A stretch of DNA of 59,867 nt from Sedimentibacter sp. (GTDB lineage Bacteria; Bacillota; Clostridia; Tissierellales; Sedimentibacteraceae), in NCBI GenBank assembly GCA_035270885.1, contig DATESJ010000123.1:1-59867 (forward strand), written 5' to 3'. The position numbers and the translations under genes are program-made. Numbering within the stretch: the first letter of the stretch is position 1; each line of letters opens with the position of its first letter. A model generated the notes under the pieces. The model ran no database searches. It was not told the DNA's origin and saw only the letters and a program-made list of their open reading frames with translations. This document shows, piece by piece, positions 1 to 9,340 of this stretch.

Positions 1-132
1 AATAATGCTAATTGTTGGCGTTGCCGAAAATTTTTGATTGGTTCAGTTGTTCGGGCTGGAAAAATGGTTGTAGTTCGGAGAAAAATCCGAATTTCGACGG
101 AAAACTGCTAAAAACCCCGAAATGACAGTTCC
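1..132. mobile_element. Probable end of an unclassified IS inserted into the ISL3 transposase
   Basis: About 40% GC (48 of first 120 nt), higher than the flank; ends ...GAAATGACAGTTCC (rc GGAACTGTCATTTC, IS-terminus-like) where ISL3-like protein sequence begins. Confidence 0.4.
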
Positions 133-598
133 TATCAACAATTATAATAAACTAAAAAAGTATTGGAAGCTTATACTTAAGGATAAAATCGCGGTTGATT
201 ACACTAATTACAGCTATTCCCGGTCTTTTAAGAGACAGATGAGACAGATTGATATATTAAATTACCTACTAGATCTTGATCCCGAATTAAAATCCTCGTA
301 TGAATTATATCAGGGCATTATGCACTCTATAAAACATCAAAACTTTAATCTTTTAACCACTATCCTATCGGATACTAAAAACAATGTTTCTAGCTATATG
401 AAAACTTCTGTTAAAACTATTAAGAAATATATTAATTACATAGACAACACCTTAGGGTATAAGTATACCAACGGTATTATAGAAGGAATTAACAACAAAA
501 TAAAGGTAATTAAGCGCATAGCCTTCGGCTTTAAAAGCTTTTACCACTTTAGAAACAGAATACTTATTACTCAAAACTTAGTAACATTAAAGGCCTAG
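122..598 (+). pseudogene. ISL3 family transposase, C-terminal fragment
   Basis: YNKLKKYWKL...YTNGIIEGINNKIKVIKRIAFGFKSFYHFRNRIL is the ISL3 C-terminal signature; N-terminal part absent. Confidence 0.9.
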
Positions 599-680
599 GA
601 GACATATTACTCGATATTCTCCTAAGCCCTTAGATTATATTTATTGTTTATTTAGTTGTTTTAGGTTTTTCTATTTTTCT

Positions 681-706
681 TCACCAACACCAGTTGACAA
701 AGAACC
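681..706 (+). repeat. ISL3 right terminal inverted repeat
   Basis: TCACCAACACCAGTTGACAAAGAACC (rc GGTTCTTTGTCAACTGGTGTTGGTGA), ISL3-type end; subterminal hairpin at ~590-630. Confidence 0.75.
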
Positions 707-707
707 A

Positions 708-1017
708 TTATATTAAATTTTGATATTCTCTTCTTCCATCAACTATAGCATATACAATAACTGTTTTATTTTCTTCACTTACTTTATAAAATATAAGATG
801 TTTTTCTACAATCACTACTCTATATCCTTGTTTTTTCAAAATAGAATATCTAGGTATACTTCCTGAGTTAGGAAACTCTTTTAAACGATTGATGGATTCT
901 TCTATTTTATCCAAATATTTGAGAGCAGTATCAATACCACCTGAATCATCTGCAATATAATATATCTCTTAGTTGATCTTCTGCCTTGTCTGTTCTCATA
1001 ATTTTATACATTTTCAT
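708..1017 (-). pseudogene. RelE/ParE family toxin, frameshifted
   Basis: MKMYKIMRTDKAEDQLRDI in one frame continues as YIADDSGGIDTALKYLDKIEESINRLKEFPNSG...YRVVIVEKHLIFYKV...GRREY in another; break near 960. Confidence 0.8.
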
Positions 1018-1288
1018 TTTTCCTATTTACTAGAGATTCACGAAGACTATCAAAAGATTCCTGCATGGAACTCACTCTCCCATTTTGGATATCATCTTCC
1101 GCTTCTGCAAGAGTTCGAAGCAGTTCTAATTCAGCTTTCATTTGCTTGTAATCCTGTAATCCAAGAACAGCTGTATCACCACGGCCATTTACAGTAATAA
1201 TAACAGCCTCTCTAGTTTCCTTGCACTGTTTAGATATTTCATTATATTTATTTCTTAAATCTGCTGACGGCCTAATATTTGATTCCAT
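1004..1288 (-). CDS. Phd/YefM family antitoxin
   Basis: IRPSADLRNKYNEISKQCKETREAVIITVNGRGD motif; AGAGGTG RBS before ATG 1288; overlaps toxin start. Confidence 0.9.
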   Translation of the reverse strand: MESNIRPSADLRNKYNEISKQCKETREAVIITVNGRGDTAVLGLQDYKQMKAELELLRTLAEAEDDIQNGRVSSMQESFDSLRESLVNRKNENV

Positions 1289-1517
1289 GTTAGCACCTCT
1301 TTTCACTCTATTTATATATCCATATTATATCGTGTTTTGTCTATCATGTAAATCTGAATAGTTGTTATTCAAATAAAGAAAAATCCTAAAAGAATTTATT
1401 TTGGTGTTCTGCTCATAAATAGTTTTAACATTATTCTCATGAACCATACTGCTTTTGTGCTTCAACCGCACCAATATCATGTGGTATAGCAACAATAGTA
1501 TTGCACTTAAGCTCCTT

Positions 1518-3473
1518 TCAATTTTCACTTTGTTTCTGAAATAAATATCTCAGTCCTTCTTTGCTACTATCATTATCGTTATTTCTAATATCATTAGTTA
1601 TAGGCTCACCATTATATAGATCATAACCATAAGGCTCAGTAATAAAAATACCTTTCCCATTTGAGTAGGAAAGCAATTCTACTTGATATGACTTCGATGC
1701 ATCAACAGGTATTATCCCAGTTAGAGTCGTCTCTTCTCCCTTAGCTCTTATATCTGCAATAGAAGCTCTCATCTTCCTAAGATCACTCATAACTCTCCCA
1801 GAAAAATCATTTGGAACCTGAACTGTATATTTTAAATAAGGCTCTAATATTTCAGTTCGTGATTTTCGAAGGGCTTCCCAAAATACATATGGTGTTAAAT
1901 TTCTAAAATCAGAAGGTGTACTTACTGGACTATAGTATAATCCATAGGCAAAAGTTATTTTTAAATCTGTAACCTCCCATCCATAAAGTCCTTCTTTACA
2001 AGCCTTCTCTACAGCATCTTTTACTGCATTTTGAAATGAATTGTTCAGATATCCATAGGACACCTCTGTCTCATATAATAATCCTGATCCTATTGGTAGT
2101 GGTTCTATTGACAGTCCAATAGATGCCCAATAAGGATTTGGTGAAACCTCTATATGGATTACTGCTTCAGAGTTTCTCATAGGACGTTCTTTATATATTG
2201 TTTTCAATTCACCAAATTCAGCATCTATTTTATATCTGTTTTTAAGCAGTGATTCGATTACTTCCATTTGAATATTTCCAAATAGCTTCAATATGATTTC
2301 TCCAGTATCTCCGTTAATTTCACAATCGAGAAATGGGTCTTCTTCAGTTAATTCAAATAGTGCTTCTATCAGTTTGCTTCTTTTGCTTAAATCACAAGGT
2401 TTAATTGATGCTCTCAATGCCGGTTGGGCTATCTTTATATCTAAAATCCCGTCATATTTCTTACCAATATAATCACCTATCTTCAGAGAATTAGCATTAG
2501 AAATAATAGCAATATCCCCACTATTAACCTGATCTACCTTCACAATTTCACCATTCATAATTGATTCCAGACTTTTTATCTTGAAAGTTTCTTCTGTGCC
2601 ATTTATATAAACATCTTGACGTGTCCTTATATTCCCACTGAATACTCTTAGGAAAGTAATCTTACGGGATTCTTCATCTCTATCTATCTTATAAACATAC
2701 GCAGATAAGTTATCTGTAGTATAATCATTATTTACAGGAAGATAGTTTGTAATAGCAAATAGCAACTCTTCAATTCCAATATCCTTTAAGGCAGAACCAT
2801 GTAAAACAGGATAAAGATTGCAACTATTTACCTCATCCAAAAATACATTAGCATACTCTTTTTCTGTAATGACATCGCCATTTATATATTTTTCTGCTAG
2901 ATAATCATTTATATCCAACAACTTCTCTACTATTTGACTTTGAATTACTTTATCATCCCTTGTATTTATCAATTCAAAATCACCTTTATCTTTTATTTTA
3001 ACTGATTGCATTATTGCAAGATTAGAAGTTAATTTCTCCTGTATTTGGGCATATATCTCATCCAAACATACTCCCTTTCGATCTATTTTATTCACAAATA
3101 TAAGTGTTGGTATATTTAATTTCACTAAAGTATTAAAAATCACTTTAGTTTGAACTTGAATTCCTTCTTTTGCTGAAATTACTAAAATAGCTCCATCTAA
3201 CACTTTCAGAGTTCGTTCAACTTCAGCTATGAAATCCATGTGCCCAGGTGTATCTATGATATTCACCTTTGTATCATTATAATTAAATGAAACTGTAGAC
3301 GCCCGTATAGTTATCCCCCTATCTCTTTCAAGTTCCATCGAATCCGTTATCGTTGTAGCATTATCGACCCTTCCAATTTTATTAATTGCCCCACTTTTAT
3401 ATAATAAACCTTCTGTAACAGTTGTTTTACCTGCATCAACATGTGCCAATATTCCTATATTAATAATTTTCAT
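1518..3473 (-). CDS. tet(T): Tetracycline resistance ribosomal protection protein, Tet(T)-like
   Basis: 651 aa EF-G-like GTPase (AHVDAGKTT, DTPGH, NKID, YYSPVSTP loop); N- and C-termini (EGLRYLFQKQ) match my recollection of Tet(T). Confidence 0.88.
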   Translation of the reverse strand: MKIINIGILAHVDAGKTTVTEGLLYKSGAINKIGRVDNATTITDSMELERDRGITIRASTVSFNYNDTKVNIIDTPGHMDFIAEVERTLKVLDGAILVISAKEGIQVQTKVIFNTLVKLNIPTLIFVNKIDRKGVCLDEIYAQIQEKLTSNLAIMQSVKIKDKGDFELINTRDDKVIQSQIVEKLLDINDYLAEKYINGDVITEKEYANVFLDEVNSCNLYPVLHGSALKDIGIEELLFAITNYLPVNNDYTTDNLSAYVYKIDRDEESRKITFLRVFSGNIRTRQDVYINGTEETFKIKSLESIMNGEIVKVDQVNSGDIAIISNANSLKIGDYIGKKYDGILDIKIAQPALRASIKPCDLSKRSKLIEALFELTEEDPFLDCEINGDTGEIILKLFGNIQMEVIESLLKNRYKIDAEFGELKTIYKERPMRNSEAVIHIEVSPNPYWASIGLSIEPLPIGSGLLYETEVSYGYLNNSFQNAVKDAVEKACKEGLYGWEVTDLKITFAYGLYYSPVSTPSDFRNLTPYVFWEALRKSRTEILEPYLKYTVQVPNDFSGRVMSDLRKMRASIADIRAKGEETTLTGIIPVDASKSYQVELLSYSNGKGIFITEPYGYDLYNGEPITNDIRNNDNDSSKEGLRYLFQKQSEN

Positions 3474-3494
3474 TTTATACCTCCATAATTATAT

Positions 3495-3533
3495 AAAAAA
3501 TCCCCTGTGATAAAATACTCTCTTCACAGGGGA
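3495..3533 (-). terminator. Attenuator-type terminator immediately upstream of the tet RBS
   Basis: TCCCCTGTGA/TCACAGGGGA stem followed by a T-run on the minus strand. Confidence 0.75.
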
Positions 3534-3742
3534 ACTTATTTTTATATAATTACTTAAAGTAAATATAACATACACAATTAGATATAACATCAAGGTGTTA
3601 CATCTACAGTCTAATCAATGCTATATAATACATAAAAATATAAATTTATTGTTATGAGAATATTTCTAAATAAAAGTACAATTAATAAGCCATACAAATA
3701 TCCTTTTGCATGGAAAACGTACTTGTTCTATTTTATTAATAG

Positions 3743-3766
3743 TTATTTAAAAATATTATGCCTCAT
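3743..3766 (-). CDS. Putative tet leader peptide MRHNIFK
   Basis: AAAGGAG RBS then ATGAGGCATAATATTTTTAAATAA, just downstream of the promoter. Confidence 0.5.
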   Translation of the reverse strand: MRHNIFK

Positions 3767-3799
3767 ATGATAAAACTCCTTTGATTAATACTACATTTT

Positions 3800-3828
3800 A
3801 TAATACTTAATTTTATTTTATTTGTCAA
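3800..3828 (-). promoter_or_regulatory. Sigma-A promoter of the tet leader
   Basis: TTGACA-17 bp-TATTAT. Confidence 0.7.
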
Positions 3829-3966
3829 GTAAGACTCAGAATCTTTTTTAGAAAAATAAACTTAATAATATTTTAAATCTAGGTCTGGCAGCCTGCCCTA
3901 GCTAAGTGGTATAATTTATTTGTAAGATGGCACAGAAAATATAAATATTAATTTTAGGAAGTCAAT

Positions 3967-4471
3967 ATGCCTATAGGATTATTTATAGGAATATGTTTAA
4001 TCATATCCATTCTTTTTGTAAAGCTTTATAAAAATATTACCTTGTTTTCTTTTAAGACCTTGGCTTTTGGAGTTGATTTTTTTATTGTATTTTTTATTCA
4101 ATATATTTTTTTCATCCCAATATATCAGTAAAACTTGTTGGTGGTAAATTGCAATATCTTCTTAATACAGGTGTTGGAATCCTTGCAATACTTATATATG
4201 GACTTTTAATTTTTTTATCAACGATACCTTCCCTATAATTAGCAATGCACTTAATCTATTCATAGCATTTATAGGTGTGTCTATTGCAGTTCCCTTTGCC
4301 ATTGGGCTACTAAGTCCTGTAATTCAGATATTTATTACTGACTTTACCTTTAATGGGGATGTTGTTCTATCACAGAATCATATGTTAAATCTTTTCTTAA
4401 AGTATATGATTTTTGGACTAATTACACTCCCTGTATGGAGATACCGAATAAGTAAGCTTGAGGAAATTTAA
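3967..4471 (+). pseudogene. Degenerate multi-pass membrane protein gene
   Basis: Hydrophobic coding-like sequence starting MPIGLFIGICLIISIL, broken around poly-T runs; only a 64-aa C-terminal ORF remains open. Confidence 0.45.
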
Positions 4472-4484
4472 TAAAATTAGGCAG

Positions 4485-4531
4485 AAAAAAGCGACTACTG
4501 TAGAAATAATTTTTCCTAATAGTAGTCGTTT
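4485..4531. terminator. Intrinsic terminator between convergent genes
   Basis: AAAAAAGCGACTACT...AGTAGTCGTTT stem. Confidence 0.7.
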
Positions 4532-4576
4532 AATTTGTGTAAAGAATAAAAATAATCTCTGGTTAGTTTATTTACT

Positions 4577-5950
4577 CTATCCTCTCACTAGTGGTATTAT
4601 AACCTGAACCACCCCACCTCCATTTTTGTCATTGGATAATATAAGCTCCCCATTATAGTTTTTAATAATATTATTTGTAATATATAAACCTAATCCATGA
4701 TGCCCAGATTCTGTTCTGCTTTCATCTTCCATAAAAAATTGTTCTTTTCCGTGCTTTAGTATCTTTTCAGAAAATCCTTTTCCCTGATCCTTTACCTCAA
4801 TAATTAAATTGCGATTTTTTATATTAGCATTAATGGTAATAGTTGAGTTGTTTGGGGAAAAGTTAACTGCATTTGTTATAATGTTCATAAATGAACGTTC
4901 CAATTCAATTTCATTTCCCTTTAAATGTAAACCTTTATCAATCTCTATATTACATATAATACTAATATCTTTTATCTTTCCTAAAGCTTCCCCTTGGTCT
5001 TTTAGTGAAAGTATAAACTTTCTAATATTAATGATATTGTCTAACTCACTATTGCCTATTTCTTCTTTAGTTATTGATAATAATCTTTGTAAATATTCTT
5101 CCATCTGATTACTGCTTTTTTCAATATAGTTACAGTAATTTTTCTGTTCATCTGTGACATCAGTTTCCTTTAGTAAACCTACATTTCCCTTTACTATAGT
5201 AAGGGGCGCCCTTACATCATGGGCGAGAGCAGATATTTGTTCTTTCTTTTTCTGTTCAAAATTCCACTGTTCTTCTAAAGCAGTCTTTAAAGAATTCTTC
5301 ATCATATCAATACCTTGAAGAACCAGATTTATCTCCCCTATATTACTTACACCTACATCAAAGTCTAAATTATGTTCTTCTATTTTCTCTACAGTATTCA
5401 AGAGATTTCTTAACTCGCTATTTATCCTTTTAGCTAATCTATTCGACCATAGAATAATCAATATAAATAATTGAAACAAAAATGAAAATATAATTGTTAA
5501 TTCTGCATTAGGCAAAGTTTTTCTCAATCCATCATTTGTAAACTGCATACTTAAAGGATAGCTAATAATCAATACTTCTTCTTCCCTCTCAATACTAATA
5601 ATATAGTCTGATAGTCCAATTGTATTTTTCCCCTTCCTATAGTTATCCCAACTATCATCTATATATTTAACAGAAAAATTACCATATAAAAAATCTCCTG
5701 CTTCTGAATAGACCCCAAAATTACACATTGGTGTCAATAAATCCATATTTACCTTAGGTGAATTTTTTAGTTCATCATAGTTTTTTTGAATTATTCTTTC
5801 AGAATAATTTGCTGGGTATACTCCAATTGAAGCTATCCCAAATACTAAATAATTCACTAACATTAGGGTTGTAATAAATACTCCAAGATATAAAATATAT
5901 TTTATAAATATTGTACGAAGACTTTTGCTTTTACTTCTTCTTAATCCCAT
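4577..5950 (-). CDS. Sensor histidine kinase (SpaK/NisK/CprK-like)
   Basis: Two TM segments, HAMP-like region, H-box LAHDVRAPL, N-box NIITNA, DQGKG, GLGL; start probably ATG 5950 overlapping the regulator. Confidence 0.92.
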   Translation of the reverse strand: MGLRRSKSKSLRTIFIKYILYLGVFITTLMLVNYLVFGIASIGVYPANYSERIIQKNYDELKNSPKVNMDLLTPMCNFGVYSEAGDFLYGNFSVKYIDDSWDNYRKGKNTIGLSDYIISIEREEEVLIISYPLSMQFTNDGLRKTLPNAELTIIFSFLFQLFILIILWSNRLAKRINSELRNLLNTVEKIEEHNLDFDVGVSNIGEINLVLQGIDMMKNSLKTALEEQWNFEQKKKEQISALAHDVRAPLTIVKGNVGLLKETDVTDEQKNYCNYIEKSSNQMEEYLQRLLSITKEEIGNSELDNIINIRKFILSLKDQGEALGKIKDISIICNIEIDKGLHLKGNEIELERSFMNIITNAVNFSPNNSTITINANIKNRNLIIEVKDQGKGFSEKILKHGKEQFFMEDESRTESGHHGLGLYITNNIIKNYNGELILSNDKNGGGVVQVIIPLVRG

Positions 5951-6600
5951 TTGTAACCTACTCCCCAAACTGTCTTGATTGGTTCTATGCTAAATTGTAT
6001 AAACTTGGCTCTAATGTTTTTTATATGCTCAGCTATTACATTTAAATTGCTTTCCTTTTCAAAGCCAAAAACGGATTCAAAAATTTGTTCCCTTGAAAAA
6101 ACTTGACCTCTATTAAGGGCTAAATACTCACTTATTTCATATTCACTTTTAGTTAGAGATACCCTATTATCTAATACGAAACATTCTTTACTTGATAGCA
6201 AGAATTTAACATCACCTATATTTATATAGTTTATCTTTTCCCTTTCTTCTCTTCTAATATGGGCATCTACCCTTGCACGAAGTTCCTGAACTCCAAAGGG
6301 TTTAGTTAAGTAATCATCTGCACCTAATCCTAGCCCCCTAATTATATCTGCTTCGTCTGATTTTGCTGTAAGAAATAAAATAGGTGAATCTACCTGTATC
6401 CTTATCTTAGAACATAAGCTAAATCCATCAATTTCAGGCATCATTACATCTAGAATTATTAAATGATAGAAACTTAAATCTTCAGAAAGAACCTTTTCGG
6501 GTTTATCTATTTTTTTAATAAAATGATTGCTTTTACTTAATATGTTTTCAATCAAATCTAGAATAGCTTTATCATCATCCACTACTAAAATATTGGCCAT
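5941..6600 (-). CDS. OmpR family response regulator (SpaR/NisR-like)
   Basis: VVDDD, LDVMMP, GADDYLTKPF, IKTVWGVGYKW. Confidence 0.95.
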   Translation of the reverse strand: MANILVVDDDKAILDLIENILSKSNHFIKKIDKPEKVLSEDLSFYHLIILDVMMPEIDGFSLCSKIRIQVDSPILFLTAKSDEADIIRGLGLGADDYLTKPFGVQELRARVDAHIRREEREKINYINIGDVKFLLSSKECFVLDNRVSLTKSEYEISEYLALNRGQVFSREQIFESVFGFEKESNLNVIAEHIKNIRAKFIQFSIEPIKTVWGVGYKWD

Positions 6601-6610
6601 TTAATACCCC

Positions 6611-7366
6611 CTACTCTTCGGTTCTATTTCCTTCCCAGTTTTTAAACCATACTAACATAATTACAAATGATATAAAAGTTAAAACTATAGATATAATAAT
6701 TCCTAGTTTTAAATCTTGGTCTAGCAATATGTCTTCAGCACTTTGATACTTCATAAGCAATGATGAAGTAAACCTAATACTCCATGAACTTGGAAGAAAA
6801 GGCCATCTGCCATCCCCCATTCCTGTTAAAAATAAGGCTGCTACAAGAGATTCAGCAATACCCACTCCAATAGAAACTGCCTTAGAAAATCTAAAACTTA
6901 AAAATAAATGTAGTATATATAAGAATATATTGGACCCTATTAGAATTGCCACAATAGCCAGGTTTATATAAATAGGATAGATATTACTATCTATAAAAGA
7001 ATAACCTATATAAAAACCAACAACTGCCAATATAGTACTTAAACTTCCAAATAATAAACATAAGGTAAATTTACTCATTATACTTAAATTCTTTGTCTCT
7101 GAAGCAATTAAAATATTTTTAAAGCCCCCTGCTATATATTCTTGCTCTGCTACTATTGAAGTGATTATTCCTATTAACATTGGAAATGTTATGCTTAAAA
7201 CTTGTAAATAAGCTGATATCTTGCTAAAACTAGTCCAAGGTGTATAAGAATAATAGCTTAAAAATATGATTAACCCTAATATAGGGATATACAGGTGCAT
7301 CCATGGAATTTGGGTAGATTTAAATTTTATTATATCAGCTTTTATAAGCTTTTTAAATTCTATCAT
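6611..7366 (-). CDS. Lantibiotic immunity ABC permease, MutG/LanG family
   Basis: Multi-TM; EQE..AG.FKNIL and LFLTGMGDGRWPFLP motifs. Confidence 0.88.
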   Translation of the reverse strand: MIEFKKLIKADIIKFKSTQIPWMHLYIPILGLIIFLSYYSYTPWTSFSKISAYLQVLSITFPMLIGIITSIVAEQEYIAGGFKNILIASETKNLSIMSKFTLCLLFGSLSTILAVVGFYIGYSFIDSNIYPIYINLAIVAILIGSNIFLYILHLFLSFRFSKAVSIGVGIAESLVAALFLTGMGDGRWPFLPSSWSIRFTSSLLMKYQSAEDILLDQDLKLGIIISIVLTFISFVIMLVWFKNWEGNRTEE

Positions 7367-8092
7367 TTAATTCACCTCTTTTTTTCCGAACCATATTGTA
7401 GTAAGAATAGCCAATATCAGAAAGATAATAATACTGATTAAAGTACTGCCTAATACCCCAGTTCTATTTGGCATTGAGTTGATTTCTGGAGCTGGAAGGC
7501 CATTTGGTAGAATACCTAAAATTGGAACCATTAGAGCGGATGATGTCCCATAAGGTAAGATCTTTAAAATTAAATTTATTCCAGATCCATAGCTTATAAT
7601 TCCGAAAATTGTCATTCCTAGATTAAAAATAACAGCAAGGAAAATGTTGAACTTAGCAGTTAAAAACATAATGATAGGAATATTAAATAAAAATGTAAAA
7701 ATTAATACAATAGTTCCTAATATATTTGCTCTTAAAGGAATAGTAGAGCCACATATTAAAGCAAATACCTCTGCTCCTAACATAAATATCAAGTTGGTAA
7801 ATACTAACAAAATACTAATGTATAGTATCTTTCCTATCCATATCCTCTCTTTACTTTGAGGATACAAAAGCATCCCCTTATAGGAAAGGTTTTTCTCCTT
7901 TGTAATTGTTTGGGCAGATATAAGAGCTAACATTCCTGGAAGGAACATAGCATACCACCAGTTATATGCACCATTTTGACCTCCTCCCCATAAGGCAGAT
8001 AATATAAGAGAAAAAAATGGTGTTATTAGGATAAATTTATTTGTTGATGTTCTTTTGTTTTTTAAGAATTCTGATTTTACTATATCAATCAT
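7367..8092 (-). CDS. Lantibiotic immunity ABC permease, MutE/EpiE (LanE) family
   Basis: KSEFLKNKRT, YNWWY.MFLPG, PILGILPNGLP motifs. Confidence 0.88.
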   Translation of the reverse strand: MIDIVKSEFLKNKRTSTNKFILITPFFSLILSALWGGGQNGAYNWWYAMFLPGMLALISAQTITKEKNLSYKGMLLYPQSKERIWIGKILYISILLVFTNLIFMLGAEVFALICGSTIPLRANILGTIVLIFTFLFNIPIIMFLTAKFNIFLAVIFNLGMTIFGIISYGSGINLILKILPYGTSSALMVPILGILPNGLPAPEINSMPNRTGVLGSTLISIIIFLILAILTTIWFGKKEVN

Positions 8093-8796
8093 TAATTTTC
8101 ACCCCTGTTTCTTTTTATAATTTCTTTAAACAAATATTCAAGATCATCTTCCTTGCTTAACTCTCCGTCATAGCCAATAATACCATTGGATATGATTCCC
8201 ACCTTATCAGCCACTTGTGCTACTTCTGATAAAATATGGCTAGATAAAATCACTGTAATTCCCATGGCAGGAAATGAACGAATTAATTCCCTTAATTCTT
8301 CTATTCCTATTGGATCAAGTCCATTAGTAGGCTCATCCAGAATAAGCAGTTTGGGATTATTTATAATAGCCATTCCAAGTCCTAATCTTTGTTTCATCCC
8401 CATGGAAAAATTCCTTACTTTCTTTTTTTCAGCCTGCCTAAGACCTATAATGTCAAGTACTTCTTCTACTCTCTCCTTTGGCAGTCCATAAAGAGTAGAG
8501 GCAGCCTTCAAGTTTTCTCTTGCAGTTAAATTTGGATAAATTGCTGGTTCTTCAATTAATGCTCCTATATCTTTTAAGTCCTTTCTTGTCCACAGATGGT
8601 CTTCAAATAATATTTCTCCAGAGGATGGTTTCATTATCCCTGTAATCATTTTTAATATGGTTGACTTTCCAGCACCATTTGGTCCAAGTAGTCCATATAC
8701 AGAATTCTTCCTAATTGATATAGAAACATTATTAACAGCTACTTGACTCCTAAATTTTTTAGTTAATCCCTTTACTTCTAAAATATAATCTGACAT
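8092..8796 (-). CDS. Lantibiotic protection ABC ATP-binding subunit (LanF)
   Basis: GPNGAGKST, LIEEP E-loop, FSMGMKQRLG, LILDEPTNGLD. Confidence 0.92.
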   Translation of the reverse strand: MSDYILEVKGLTKKFRSQVAVNNVSISIRKNSVYGLLGPNGAGKSTILKMITGIMKPSSGEILFEDHLWTRKDLKDIGALIEEPAIYPNLTARENLKAASTLYGLPKERVEEVLDIIGLRQAEKKKVRNFSMGMKQRLGLGMAIINNPKLLILDEPTNGLDPIGIEELRELIRSFPAMGITVILSSHILSEVAQVADKVGIISNGIIGYDGELSKEDDLEYLFKEIIKRNRGEN

Positions 8797-8838
8797 TCCC
8801 TTACCTCCTAAATTAATCTTATATTTAATCTATAATTA

Positions 8839-8880
8839 AAGTATACAAGGTAATTATAAGGAATTTATAAGGATTTATAA
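8839..8880 (-). promoter_or_regulatory. lanFEG promoter with tandem direct repeats (probable response-regulator site)
   Basis: TTATAAGGA-AT-TTATAAGGA-T-TTATAA repeats at 10-11 bp spacing upstream of a TATACT -10; no consensus -35. Confidence 0.55.
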
Positions 8881-8960
8881 AAATAGTTTTTTAGAAGTTT
8901 GTCTGGCTATGGAAATCCTAATCCGATGGATAAATAGCCTTATGGATCTAAGTCTAGGTA

Positions 8961-9270
8961 ATCGGGTAAGAGATAAATAATTAATTTATTTACCGACCTC
9001 CCACACCCCAGGTAAGAACAACAACCTTCATCCCATGTAACCGTCACATTTACTGTGTATAGTTCGGGTAGTATTGGACTTTGTTTTGTATCGTAAACTC
9101 GTCCACTCTAAATCAGCCTGATGTGATTTCTGTTCGTCGGTTCGGGATTTTGCTTCCAGTTTCCTTCAGATTCCACGTCGCCGTGGACACCCTTGCTCTT
9201 AGCTAACGGTTCCTACTACCAAGCCCGTAGTGGACTTTCACAACCAAGTTGTTGCCCATACTGGGCATAC
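8961..9270 (-). ncRNA. Internally deleted, ORF-less group IIC intron remnant
   Basis: 5' end GTATGCCCAGTATGGGC, IIC-like domain I sequence, 3' end GGTGTGGGAGGTCGG...CTTACCCGAT; starts 4 nt after the T-run of an intrinsic terminator. Confidence 0.8.
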
Positions 9271-9274
9271 AATC

Positions 9275-9304
9275 AAAAAACTGCGTCCCAATAGGGACGC
9301 AGTT
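9275..9304 (-). terminator. Intrinsic terminator of the YobI-like gene (IIC intron target)
   Basis: AACTGCGTCCC-TATT-GGGACGCAG-TTTTTT perfect stem. Confidence 0.9.
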
Positions 9305-9340
9305 AAAGTAGATATGTGGTTCTAACCTAATCAATATATG

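Noticed and set aside
1325-1528. 67-aa ORF overlapping the tet(T) stop
   Set aside because: No recognisable family; may be a remnant or spurious
3875-8960. Similar short motifs ATCTAGGTCTGG (~3877) and ATCTAAGTCTAGG (~8946) flanking the lantibiotic cassette
   Set aside because: Too short and imperfect to call recombination sites without comparative data
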